Program-made: the position numbers and the translations under genes
The notes under the pieces: generated by a model
Told to the model about the DNA's origin: nothing
The model's input: only the letters and a program-made list of their open reading frames with translations
Databases searched by the model: none
Part shown: positions 11,665 to 24,484 of the stretch, in pieces
Layout of the letters: every line of letters starts with the position of its first letter
How positions within the stretch are numbered: position 1 is the stretch's first letter
NCBI RefSeq assembly: GCF_018350175.1
Contig: NC_058368.1
Location: 150,104,001 to 150,168,000, forward strand
Source of the DNA: Felis catus
Taxonomy: Eukaryota
Direction: 5' to 3'
Length of the DNA: 64,000 nt

Positions 11665-14600
11665 TAGTTTCTGATGTCCCACAAGAACGTCTTGAATACA
11701 AATGTTTTCATCCTATTAAGTCATTAGAATAGCTTTTCAATGCTTCCAGAGAACTGCTTTCATTTTATTCAATTTGACCGAACTCAATTACTGGTTGTTG
11801 CTTTGCAGTTTGAATTGACCTCTTTTTTTTTCTCAGCTCCCTATCTTATTTACTATGTAAAGTTTATGACTGACCTGAAGATAAATATGTGTCAGTAAAA
11901 TGTCAAGAATCCTGGCAAGATTTCAAATATCGAGAGAGAATACTTATACGTTCATGTAAAAAGCAGACACACATATCTCAACTGATATGTACAAAGTGTT
12001 TAAGTACAAAATAATGGGAGTTACTTCAAGTAACAGTTACTAATTACAAATATTTTAAGTAGTTTATTAAACACGGTGTTTTCTTTGATGGGCAAAACTC
12101 AAGAGTTTAATATACTGTTAAATTTACTCGCACTAGGAAAGACAAACACAAAATAGACAAGCATAAGAATGTCTTGGAAAGGAGCTAACTTAAAACACAC
12201 ACATGGGAGCTGAGCTTTTGAAACACAATTAAACTGAAAGTTTCATCGATGACATGTTGTATTCCTAAGATTTTATTTCCCTAACATATGGTCTTTTGGA
12301 ATATCAGAAGACTTCACACTGATATTGGCTTTGAAAAACGCATTGACATATAAACTTTAAAAATGGTAATTAGATTGGGATGGCTTTTGTCTTAGCTATG
12401 TGGGCTAGTATTCTAATAGTTACCCAAAATGCCAGTCTATTTTTGAGTATGCACTTTGAAGCTAAGCCACAGTCTATTTTTAGAAGATGGTATTACGAAT
12501 CTCCACATCTGTTCAACCCAACATAATGTGCTTATTCCATACCCACACTGAAAATAATGGGTGGTAGGGCATGAGGATTAAGTATTAATTCCTTTTGATT
12601 ATGTAGTTTAGAAAAACCAGGTGATTGCAATTGATAGAAGACCCTTCCACTGTTGTATCTCCTTTAATTGGACTGTTTGGCCATCTTTGTATAATTTAAA
12701 ATAATAAGTTTATTTCTGGGCAGGTTTGAACAACTATAATCAATTAATTGGTACTGTGCTTCTATAGTGAAGACCCTAGTAAAGAGAAGGCTGTTTGACA
12801 TGACAATGATGAGCTGTGGGATATGGGAATAGACATTTTACAATATATATTTATTCAGAAATGCATTACAAGACTAGCCTGTTGAGGATGAACAGTTACT
12901 ATACCGAACAGTCTACAAAATCATACATAAGTTTTCAGTAGTGTAATAGGCATAGAAGATAATTAACAGTATAAGAAATATTCAGAACCTAATTGACTTG
13001 CAAAATATGGAAAGGTATAAAAAAGAACTTTCTACTACAACTTTCTTACCTTGAATTCAACTCAGTTGGAATGCAGGCCATTTTTCTAGTTGTTGAATAG
13101 AGCACAGTTTGATTCTTTGTAGGATGACTATCCTCACAGTATAACAAGAACCCTTCCTGCACACAAATTTCCAGGTTGTTTATAGTTTATTTTCAGGTAC
13201 CTCTCTCCCTCTCTTTCACCATCTCTTACCCACTCAAGATGTACTAAACAATCGTACAGAAGGGATTTTTTACAAATGTGTGCTACACCCAGTTTTAATA
13301 TCGACATCAATCATCATCCCCAACCAACTTTTCCTGTTGCAAAGGACAGACCAGACCAATCACAGACTACACATACATTACTGCCTGCTGTGCCTTATTC
13401 TAGAGTCCATATAATGAACTGTTCTAGAACCTAGACTTACTCATCCAGATCAAACTGGTGCTCTGGAGATCAATTTCTTTACCCACATACCTCAGGTTTG
13501 AAACCTTGACATATTTTCATGCTTCACCTGTGTCTAAAAACACAAGGAAGGGTTGAGAATTCTGTTCAATAAAACTGAGTCATTCTAAAAGCTCAAATCT
13601 TTGTATGTAGGGAAGAGGGTAGAGTTAAAGGAAATGTGTGTACACTCACAAAGAAATTCTCACAACCGTGCCCTGGCTTGATTTCGGACCTGGGGGGCAT
13701 TTGAAGATGTGGGGAATATTTTTAGTGATGGTACTGGTAACAAGTACTGTGGAAGGTGGTTAGTTTTCAAGGATGTGGAACTTCTTTCACCCTCCTTCCA
13801 ATTCCTACACTAGTTTTGCCCTTTTCTTCTGATCTTTGTTAGAATCAACAACCATTTTTTCCCCATCAATATTTTATGTATGTGTGAAAAGACACCTCTT
13901 TGTTACAGATGGTTTTGTAAAACATATACCTACTACAGAATGAACATGTTTATAATTTTTTTTTACTTGCTCAAATGCCTTATAAATACCCTACATATAA
14001 GAAATAATATTGATTACAATAAAGATGACTACATTTATCATTGAGAAGATTTCACTTTCTAAGCACCGTGAAGCTAGTTTGTACCAAACTTGGTTTTATA
14101 AGTTGTCATCTGACAAAAGTGTATGATGCCGATTTCTGGAGCTTAACAAAGTTGGATGTGCGGCGATGAATGGAGCACACCATTGCATACATTTGTTGTT
14201 GTTGTTCTTTATGGGTCCTCTGCATTGCCACTGCTGGCTGGTGACTGGCACTGTAGAACTTTAATAGTCCCAATTTCAGGTATAATTTTTTTTTAAGTCT
14301 CAGACCTATTTTAATGGGGGCTAAAGCCATGCAACCAGTCAGGTGCACAACAGCTTAGGAGAAACATCAGACAATGTAGGACAAAGTAGATCGCAATGAC
14401 TGACTTGCATTTATAGCCTCATTTACATATTCAGATGCCAATATTCTTTTAAAAATAACAATGAATTAAACCTAATAATTGAGTGCATGAATGTAGTTCC
14501 TTATGTGATTCATTTGCATGTGGATAAGAAGGTATTATAAGCAGGACATGATCACCTTAGCAGATTAATAACCAAGCCAGTGCTATAATAACATCAAAGA

Positions 14601-15643
14601 AGAAAAGAGCCCTCCTCAGGAATTATTTCTTTCATAAAAGGAACAACCTTGTCTGGTGTTGGCCAGGGGACACCTTGGGATGAATAAATTTATGGCTGGG
14701 ACTGAGTGTAGAAAAAAATGCCTGCAACACATGGTCACATATTTGTGATAACAAGAAGATAGTGTCATCTGCAGTATAAATGCAGAGGGAAAGAATCACA
14801 TTAATAAGTTAAAGTTTCAAGTCTTAAGTAGAGATATGTAAGCAAAAAATTTGAAAATACAGGTTATGATTATCTTTGTCCAGGTATAATGTGATATTTA
14901 AATTACTGTCAATAATGAGACTTCTAATTATGGCCACTTGCTCTTCTTACTCCACTTTTCTTCCCCCTCTAGCCACCAAATTTATATATTTCAGCTAAAA
15001 TCATCTCTGGATTTTATATTTTATTCTAGTCAATACTGTATGTGTATGTTTACTGTTAGTGAAAGGCTTTTCAGTTGCCTATCTATCCAGGATTTAAAGA
15101 AACAGCTCAAATATAAAGACTAGATTACAAATATTACCAAGTAGGCCATATAAATGATGAAATGAGGCAATGCAAGAAACTGAAGTGCTTTCCAAAAACA
15201 AAATAAAAACCATAATCCATAAAATTTTCTAAGTGTATTTTATCCCATGGGAAAGCCCAGACTTAATAAAATCTTAAATTGTGCCATTCTGCATTTATCA
15301 TCTTTCTTATTGTAATTAAAATAGCCATAGTAACAACTGCAGAAATATACCTCCAAAGAAATATACAATGTGACTTCATATTATGCTATTTTCCCCACAT
15401 ACACTTAGTATGTATTTATCAAAGGTATTGGTGCTTTATTTTATTTTCATGAATAACTTTAGCACATTATGGCATTAAATGATTTTTCAGGAATGAAACC
15501 CTAGGTTTTAACATCAAGTGATTGACTTATAGGAGCTTTGCTTGTACTAGAAACCAATTATGTTAAGACAGGAATCTCCTGTATCTTTGATAAAATTGGT
15601 AAGTACTGCATAGGACTATTTTCTATTTTAAAAAGTGTGTTGG

Positions 15644-16346
15644 ATTCCCACCAACAGTGCAAGAGGGTTCCCGTTTCTCCACATCCTCTCCAGCATCTAT
15701 AGTCTCCTGATTTGTTCATTTTAGCCACTCTGACTAGTGCAGCCACTCTGGAAAACAGTGCGGAGTTTCCTCAAAAAATTAAAAATAGATCTACCCTATG
15801 ACCCAGCAATAGCACTGCTAGGAATTTACCCAAGGGATACAGGAGTGCTGATTCATAGGGGCACTTGTACCCCAATGTTTATAGCAGCACTCTCAACAAT
15901 AGCCAACTGACAAATGGATAAAGAAATTGTGGTTTATATATACAATGGAATACTATTTGGCAATGGGAAAGAATGAAATCTGGCCTTTTGTAGCAACGTG
16001 GATGGAACTGGAGAATGTGATGCTAAGTGAAATAAGCCATACAGAGAAAGACAGATACCATATGTCCTCACTCTTATGTAGATCCTGAGAAACTTAACAG
16101 GAACCCATGGGGGAGGGGAAGGAAAAAAAAGAGGTTAGAGTGGGAGAGAGCCAAAGCATAAGAGACTCTTAAAAACTGAGAACAAACTGAGGGTTGATGG
16201 GGGGTGGGAGGGAGGGGAGGGTGGGTGAAGGGCATTGAGGAGGGCACCTGTTGGGATGAGCACTGGGTGTTGTATGGAAACCAATTTGACAATAAATTTC
16301 TATTTAAAAAAAATAAAATAAATAAAAAATAAAAATAAAAATAAAT
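15644..16346 (+). mobile_element. Young L1_Fc-type 3' end with 5' inversion (15644-~15736 inverted)
   Basis: The inverted piece encodes VRVAKMNKSGDYRCWRGCGETGTLLHCWWE (ORF2 Cys-rich end). The forward part starts at GTGCAGCCACTCTGG and runs through the G-rich 3' UTR and long A-rich tail. TSD AAAAA(G/A)TGTGTTGG at 15630-15643 and 16347-16360. Confidence 0.95.
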
Positions 16347-16565
16347 AAAAAATGTGTTGGGTGAACCAAACACAACTACTGTGAATGATTATAATTAACC
16401 AATTCTATCTGAATAATTGCTTCTATATCCTCCTAATATCTTAATAATAATTGAATGTATATATACCCTCTTAAACAGTAAGCTCCTGGAGTACATGAAG
16501 GGGTCTATTTGCTTTTTAATACTTCATGGTGCTTTTAGTACATCATACTAAAAAGGTTATTAGCA

Positions 16566-16795
16566 GGGGTACCTGGGTGGCTCAGTCAGTTAAGCATCTG
16601 ACTTCGGCTCACGTCATGATCTCACATTTCCTGAGTTCAAGCCCTGCATCAGGCTCTGTGATAACAGCTCAGAGGCTGGAGCCTGCTTCACATTCTGTGT
16701 CTCCCTCTCTCTCTGCCCCTCTCCTGCTTGCACTCGGTTTCTCTCAAAAACAAACATTAAAAGAAAAAAGTACAAAATAAAAATAAATAAAATAA
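16566..16795 (+). mobile_element. Can-SINE
   Basis: GGGGTACCTGGGTGGCTCAGTCAGTTAAGC head, body, (TAAAA)n tail. Degenerate TSD AAAA.GGTTAT(T)AGCA. Confidence 0.94.
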
Positions 16796-17224
16796 AATGG
16801 TTATAGCAGATTAAATGAGTGGACAAGTAAGAAATCCACACTTTACATGTATATAGTTCTGTTGGGAATAGGATAGATTAGATACACAAAATTGAACAGA
16901 TAAACACAAAGAAAACACCTTCTTGAAGCAATTTTAAACTTTTCTATATTCCAAGGAATCTAATTTTTTTCACGTCCAAGTCTTTCTACTATATTTGTTT
17001 CTGAAATAACGCTACATCATTGACTCTAATTTTTACTATTATCACCATTAGATTCTACCTCTTTCCTGAAGCCTTTCCCATTTACTGAATTCCTTCCTTT
17101 GAACTTCCAGGTGAACTTTGTGCTTTAACTAGAACATTGTCCTCTTCGCAGTTTCTTATTTGGTGTATCTTGCAGATCTTATATATTTTGTGTATATCAT
17201 TTACCCACTTGGGAGCTACATTGA

Positions 17225-17425
17225 TAGCTCCCTGAAAACAGGATCTACATTTGTTTCATCTTCGTAGCCTTGTAGCAATTCACAGTCCATAATAGCAATT
17301 CAATAAACTGAATGGATGGATAAATCATCAACGATTTTTAAGTGCCTATTCTGTGTACAGAGGTGTGTTACATCCTGAGGATAGAAAGAAACATTAAGAG
17401 ATAGCTTTTATTCTGGGGGAGTTTA
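17225..17425. mobile_element. Two ancient L2 3'-end fragments, tail to tail
   Basis: CTCCTGAAAACAGG...TCAATAAACTGAATGGATGG on +, followed by TCAAC.ATTTTTAAGTGCCTATTCTGTG...CTGAGGATAGAAAG on -. Confidence 0.5.
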
Positions 17426-17534
17426 TGGTATTTAGGGGAAGTATACATGTATATAAAATTTTAACAATAGTTATTCACAATTCTAACACTTGTGCTCTTC
17501 CTTTATTTTTTATAGTCCTTCATTGTCATAGTAA

Positions 17535-17660
17535 TTTTTTAATATATATATTTTTAAATATTTTAAAATATTTTTTTAAAATTTTTAAAATATTTAAAAA
17601 AATTTTTATAGGAATAGCTTTATTTTTTAAAATATTTTTTATAGGAATAGCTTTATTTTT
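17535..17660. repeat. AT-only low-complexity tract with an inverted repeat and a 33-bp-period direct duplication
   Basis: TTTTTATAGGAATAGCTTTATTTTT occurs at 17603-17627 and 17636-17660. 18-bp inverted arms at 17551-17568 and 17583-17600. Confidence 0.85.
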
Positions 17661-18891
17661 GCATTTGACATGAACTAAATTCAAATGACAACTTTATCAA
17701 AACCAAATGGGAGTTAAGACTTCATGAGACTCACTAGGCCCTCTCTCTCAGACATAAGATTGTGTGTTTACATGGAACCAAAGCCAAATGCAAGACTACA
17801 GAGACTATCAGGATAAATTATGTAAGTTGTTCATTATTTGTCTGGATTTACAGGGTAAATTATTTATATGAGACGCTGTGAAGCACATTAAGTGGACTGT
17901 GTCCCAGTCTACTCTGTACATCCCTATCCACACACTTTGAAAGTGCTAGCCGTCTGTTTTGGGACAGAAAATCTATATAGTGCTCTTAGCCAATATCTAA
18001 CAGAGGGCTGTCAAAACTTAAATCTAGCCTACATGATTTTCATTTTAAGTCTTACCGTCCTTTTTTCCTGCCGTGGTACTAGATAATTAAATATTTTTAA
18101 AGGATGCTAAAGCATCCAGAACACAAAATAGACATGAGCTTAGCAACTACTGTGAAAAGTTAAAAGGCAGGATAGGAAGGGAATCAAATCTTCAAACCTT
18201 GACCCTTCCCCTCTCCAACAGATCTTGCCCAGAGCACCTATCTATTTCCATTAAAAAGTGCTATAGTTCGTACCTCTTTCTTCCTTTTTGTCATTATGTA
18301 ACAGATCTTTGACTGTATTTAGAATTTTTAAAGAACTATGTTGTAGATGATAGGTGTTTTAAACTACTAAATAGAGTATTGATGTGTGGGTGGTTATTTG
18401 TCTCTTTGTACACTTTGTAGCTGAATGCCTGAGGCATATGCAACCAAACCGTGGAAGAGATTTCAAGAAGCAGGTATGCACCCATGCCAGCTAGGAATAT
18501 GCATATTATATAGGGAAAATGTTCCCTTGTATGCATAAGCTAATGTTTCAATTCCATCATTCCTATTTTAATATATCTGATATTTAGAGAGGTCAAGTAA
18601 TGAATGCACACAGTTAACATTTATTGCATATTGCTTGTCAAAAAGCTGTCATAATTGAAGCTAAATATGCTTGCAATTAATAGCATTTTAGCATGGAAAA
18701 ACGATTCTAAGTATACATGAGATTTTCAGTTTTTGTTTTCTCCCAAAGTTTATTGACTCCAAGATAGCAACTCTGTTTACTCTCTTCTGTTTCTGTTACT
18801 CTTATACAAACATCAATATTCTACCACTTTTCTAAAAGAACAGGAAACAATGGCCTGCTCCAGTTTGCATGAAAGACTTTCAATTTCTAAA

Positions 18892-18914
18892 TTTTTTTTT
18901 AACATTTACTTATT

Positions 18915-18952
<38 letters not shown>

Positions 18953-19120
18953 CAAGCAGGGCAGGGGCAGAGAGAGAAGGAGACAAGGAATCCGAAGCAG
19001 TCTCCACGCTCTGAGCTGCCAGCATAGCGCCCAATATGGGGCTCGAACCCACGAAGAGGGAGACAGATCATGACCTGAGCTGAAGTAGGATGCTCAACAG
19101 ACTGAGCCACCCAGGCACCC
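18892..19120 (-). mobile_element. Can-SINE
   Basis: T tail, (GA)n, and GATCATGACCTGAGCTGAAGT...GACTGAGCCACCCAGGCACCC head. Confidence 0.93.
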
Positions 19121-20639
19121 CAAAGACTCTTTTTAAAAAAGATTTCTGAATGATATTGCAAAGAGATCAAGGAGGCTGGCATTTAGGGCAATATTGCTTT
19201 TAATTGTTTAATTGTAGGTAAAATAAACTTCAGTTTGCCTTTCCTTTTTTAAAATTTCAAGCTACAAATACTGAATTTTGTAAAATTCCCCTGCTCTCTC
19301 AGGAGTACATCTTGATGAATTTAGGTGATAATACAGATGAACAGAGAGCTGAACACATAGGGGGCTTACCAATTATTCTTTGACTGAAATGTATTTCAAT
19401 ATCAAAGTGAGTTCTAAATTTCTACCTTATATGCTTCTGTGCCAAGATAAAAATATCACTCCACTAATGATTCTATTACCTTGTTTTAGGCATTTATTAA
19501 GACAGATCCAAGTCAATTCCCATGGAAATAAAAGGCTGATTCCTGTAGGGATGGATTTAAAAATATTTAACTATAATATACTTCCTATTAATCAGCAAAC
19601 ATTTCTTAGACTACTGGACTATTCATCAATGTATGTGTGAGAGACAGGTGACAAAAACAGAACAAGCAGGCGATCTGAGGGTTATGAGTATATTGCATAC
19701 CAAGAGAACCTGTGAAAAATGAAATATACAATAAATTCCAACCTGAACTTCATGAATTGAATTAAAATTTTGCAATAGGGGGCGTTCAGCCACATGAAAT
19801 CAGTATAGAGTTTTTCAACATACAAGAAAGAAAATTGGTTTAAATATAATATCTCAAAATAGCACAACTTGCAGCAAGTATATAATTTGTGAAGTAATTG
19901 GGTAATTAATTGAAAAAAAAAGTTGAACAGTGCACGAAGCTTGTCCATCTTTCAAGAATTGGAGCTCAGATGGCATATGGCAGGATGTAAATGCATCTTT
20001 TCTCTGTGGCTTTGAATGTTAATTTTACCAACTATTCTAGTTCATCCAATTTGTAAAGCTAAATATAAATTGCAATTCACAGGCGATTTTTTTGGCTTAC
20101 TGCCATGCTTTTATCACTTGGTTTTTCAAAATTAGTATGAAGTCTTGTGGAATGTTTCCTAAAATCTCAGAATGTTTTCTTCACCTGGTAAAAACGTCTT
20201 ATCAACGTTTTCTTCCTCAGTATTTTTCTAATGTACATCATGCCTTAGGACACGTGGTAGTTATATTTCACAGTCACTGGGTATTTTCCTTCTAATTTGC
20301 CTTATTGTCCCAATATTAACTATTTTCCTTGCCACACACTCCGGACCTCAGTATCACAGAATCTCTCCCCAAACACGGCCATCTCTTTGGTGCTGCTGCA
20401 CCCAACTGCCCCCATACCCAGATATACACTGCTCCTGAACACTACCTCCTTCTCACCTCAGCTCAATCTGCTGCCCTCTCTGAGCTCTCTGTGCATTGAC
20501 TCCACTGTGTTAGCAATCTTTGTTCATGAACTTGTCTCCTCCTCTAGATTATACACTGCTCAAAGGAGGAGGCTATGAGTAATTCCTGTTTGTATCCTCA
20601 AGTATGAAATTATGGAGCACAATGCCTGAAAACACTCTT

Positions 20640-20725
20640 GGAGCCTGCCTCGGATTCGCTCTTCCTCTCTCTGCCTCTTCCTGACTCTTCCACATGCTCT
20701 CTCAAAATAAATAAACTTAAAAGAA
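20640..20725 (+). mobile_element. Can-SINE 3' fragment
   Basis: GGAGCCTGC..GGATTC..CTCTCTCTGCC...CTCTCAAAATAAATAAAC with no head. Confidence 0.8.
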
Positions 20726-20899
20726 TACATGGGTATACTAAGAACAATACATAATAAATAACACAAAATATATCTTCGGCCTGTGACAATGTGTGTCTTT
20801 TGTTTTTTTCTTTTAATTTTAAAACATATTACCCAACTCCATTAACTCAATGATTTATAAGTATAAATTTTCAGTCTAAGGATAAGGGCTGCAAGGCAG

Positions 20900-21085
20900 G
20901 GTTCTAGCCAGGATTCTGAGTTTACTCAGGGTGACCTTGAAAAAAACACTTACATTGGCTTTTCTTCTTTGTAAAATAGGAAGAAAAAAAACACCAGTCT
21001 CACAGATTGCTTTGTGAGGGTCACATGGTATAACATATGTAAAACACACACGACAGTGCTCTCATTCAGTAACATTACCAATTAT
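20900..21085 (+). mobile_element. MIR fossil
   Basis: GGGTGACCTTGA...CTTCTTTGTAAAATAGG...TCACAGATTGCTTTGTGAGG...ATAACATATGTAAAAC resembles the MIR core. Confidence 0.7.
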
Positions 21086-21182
21086 TATTTTCACTGCTTT
21101 TCTTCTTTGAAATTCATATTCTTTACCACATCATATTCTGAGCTCTGCTTTGCAATAAGTAAACAATTAAATGATCTGCCTT

Positions 21183-21393
21183 GGAGTGCCTGGGTGTCTC
21201 AGCCGGTTAAACGTCTGACTTCGGCTCAGGTCATGATCTCACAGTTCTCGGGTTCAAGCCCCACATCAGGCTCTGTGCTGACAGCTCAGAGCTTGGAGCC
21301 TGCTTCAGATTCTGTGTCTCCCTCTCTCTCTGCCCCTCCCCTGCTCACGCTCTGTCTCTGTCTCTCAAAAATAAATAAATGTAAAAAAAAAAA
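21183..21393 (+). mobile_element. Can-SINE, full length
   Basis: Head, body and A tail. 18-bp TSD AATTAAATGA(T/C)CTGCCTT at 21165-21182 and 21394-21411. Confidence 0.96.
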
Positions 21394-22429
21394 AATTAAA
21401 TGACCTGCCTTTAGCAGTTGAGATGCCAGCTGCCCAATTTGTCTATTTTTAGCACAACTTAATGTAGAGAAATCTTTCAACTTCATCTAAGATTTCTCCT
21501 TGATAAATCCAACTGGTAATTCCAGTGAAACATAATCCAACATAATTCAGGTATAATCTGAACACCTGTGGATAAACCCACATTTTTTGCTCTCAATGTC
21601 AGAATCAAAATTATGTCTTAAGAAGTTTAAGCAATCCTATCTTTTCCTTTTCAGGCACTGCTTTATTACATTTCCCATGTTTATCAGACAAAGACAGTAT
21701 GGTATTATAAGGCAGTATCACTTCTGCAAATTGATGCTGCTTCCTGTTGCACACACTCTCACTAGCAGTAAAAAGTTTAGGTCAGGAATCACCTGTCAGA
21801 TGATTTCTCATCTCTTGATCAGGCTTGAGCTCAGGGACAGCACAGCTTGCTCTTTCCTACGTACAGCATCATGGATTCTGTGCTCCTGACACTGATAAAG
21901 AACAGGTACCAGTGAAGGAGCTAAAATTATAAGTCTGGAGACATATAGAGGGGAGAGAGGTGACATTTTCACCAAGTTCATTTTAACCCTCACTATATTT
22001 TCTGAAACTTTGTGTTCTTTTATATTTCCTTCTTCAAATCACCCCTGAAACCCTTCTGAACCTACACATCACTGTCTTTGGGCTGAGAACTATATTATTA
22101 TGTCGAATTTGAGGCCCTTCACAAAAAGAGAATACTCACGGGGATTATGACCAAGGTGACATGCATTGGGAACCTAGGTAACAAAGTTTGCCAAGGGAAG
22201 AGGGAGAATGGAGCTGAAAATACCATTTCCTCCTAGCAAGGAATTAACTTTTTTGCTCCAACTGGTAATTTGTCATACTATTAGAACAAGTGATTTCAGA
22301 CTTAGAATCAGATGACCACATTATCACGACACTGTTAAAAATGCGTTATTTGGAGAACAAAAGACATCATGGTCGTCAGCCCAACCCAGACAGAAAGTTC
22401 GTACCTGAAAGGATGCTGTCTTTCGTTTT

Positions 22430-22658
22430 GTTTTTTTTTTTTTAATTTTTTTTTTCAACGTTTATTTATTTTTGGGACAGAGAGAGACAGAGCATGAACG
22501 GGGGAGGGGCAGAGAGAGAGGGAGACACAGAATCGGAAACAGGCTCCAGGCTCTGAGCCATCAGCCCAGAGCCCGACGCGGGGCTCGAACTCACGGACCG
22601 CGAGATAGTGACCTGGGTGAAGTCGGACGCTTAACCGACTGCGCCACCCAGGCGCCCC
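22430..22658 (-). mobile_element. Young felid Can-SINE (SINEC_Fc-type), full length
   Basis: Nearly identical to the 1025 copy, with CpGs intact. TSD TCTTTCGTTTT at 22419-22429 and 22661-22671. Confidence 0.97.
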
Positions 22659-23401
22659 AATCTTTCGTTTTTTTTTAAAAAACACCATGTAATGAATAAG
22701 AGTTACCCACTACCAATAGTGCACAGTGCAAATTAGATGTCTTTAGATTCTGAATCAATCTCTTCAATTGTTCTGTTTTGGTTGATCAATGAAGCCTGAA
22801 AGAGTATAATTTCCAAATATGTCTATCTTTTGGCCAAAGGACACCTTAAGCTTTAGGATATTCTAATTTAGAATCAGAATTAATTGGTAATTACATTTAA
22901 CCATTTGTTATTAGTTTAATTTTAATAAATACAAACACATTTATTGAATTGAAATGAAAGCATACTACTGATGAAAAGATGAATAAAATAATGAAGAGTG
23001 AAGAAGAGTAAAGAGTACTACTGCCACAATAGTAAAGAAAAAAAAACGAGACTGGAAGAAATTATGTACAAATTTTAGCAATTAGAATTTGTGTCATTAG
23101 AGCCAAGTGAAAAAGTAATTGTCGTTTACAAAACAATGCTAAATTAATTGGCAATACTAAGAGGTATTTAAAAAAAAAAAAACAATGCATTTGTTAATAA
23201 GTTTCCTCCCAGTAGTAGAGAATTGGTGAAACTGGTCATCAAAAGTCAAATTAAACGTCCCTAGAATATTTTGAAAGTTGTTTTTAATAGGATCTGATCT
23301 TGTTAACTCTGGCCAGCTACCAAGTGGCTGAGACTCAGGAACATAAAACTATTTTTAAATGGAGATATGAAGAAATGTCCTTAATTAGTGTCTCTTCCCC
23401 C

Positions 23402-23407
23402 TACACA

Positions 23408-23446
<39 letters not shown>
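23402..23446. repeat. (CA)n microsatellite
   Basis: Direct read, with one interruption. Confidence 0.95.
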
Positions 23447-23447
<1 letters not shown>

Positions 23448-24279
23448 ACTCATGGCATAGATTTTTTGAAACTGATATCTTTCAAAGAATAATTTGAGCT
23501 ACATATAAAAAAAAAGAATTTATATCATGATGGACAGTGTTACAATTATATTAGATCAAAAATGCACATTTATCAGATAGTAATTACTTATTTGGAATTC
23601 TAAATTCTAAAACAAGTGATGATTATTTCTCTTGTTTCTTTTCCTCCAATGTGTATTGAAAATATTTACTCTCAGATTTCTGAGGTAGGGTCTGTCTATA
23701 AAAGTGTCATGGAAAATAGTGTCAAAATTGATTAGCATATATGTGTAATGGTACAGTATCAGCTGCTTGCAAAACTGTTGAAAAAAATAATAAATAATCC
23801 ACTGATCCTGTATTCTTTGTCAATGCACATTGGTTGAGTCTTAGAAAAATTTTACTAAGATCAACTGTTTTGAATAGATTTGCTGATAATTCAGCGTAAA
23901 GATTTTCTTGGAAATTTACAGTTTCAAGTTTATTTATGACCTAGTCAGGCAGGGAAAAAAATGCTGAAATGGAAAGTTTGCATAAATACAAATCAGTAAT
24001 AATGATTTACACATCTAAAACAGTATCAATATACAGAATATTTCAATTGTAACTTTTGGTGTTATGCAAATTGGCTGCAAAATACTGTAAGAAAAAATTC
24101 TGAAAAACTTTTTGTGATACACTTACAGTTGCTTTTCATTTCCAAGACCCTTTATAATTTAATGACAATGCACTTAGTTGACACAAGAGATGGTGAATGT
24201 TCTTTGTCAAAGATTAACAAATTTTTCCATAAAAGATGAACCAGTTTCTTTAATATGGGTGAAGATGTTAGAGGAAATG

Positions 24280-24484
24280 GGGGCACCTGGGTGGCTCAGT
24301 CAGTTAAGCCTCATGATCTCACAGTTCCTGAGCTCAAGCCCCACATCAGGCTCTGTGCTTTTAGAGCCTGATTCAGATTCTGTGTCTCCCTCTCTGTCTG
24401 CTCCTCCTTCACTCATGCTCTGTTTCTCTCTCTCCTTTTCTCTCTCCTTCAAAAATAAATAAAAACATTAAAAAAATTTTTAAA
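24280..24484 (+). mobile_element. Can-SINE nested in the Charlie relic
   Basis: Head with short deletions. TSD GAA(G/A)AT(G/A)TTAGAGGAAATG at 24261-24279 and 24485-24503. Confidence 0.93.

Noticed and set aside
14106..14348. 80-aa ORF with a short poly-Q run as an exon
   Set aside because: The poly-Q comes from a short (TTG)n. No recognisable homology or convincing splice sites.
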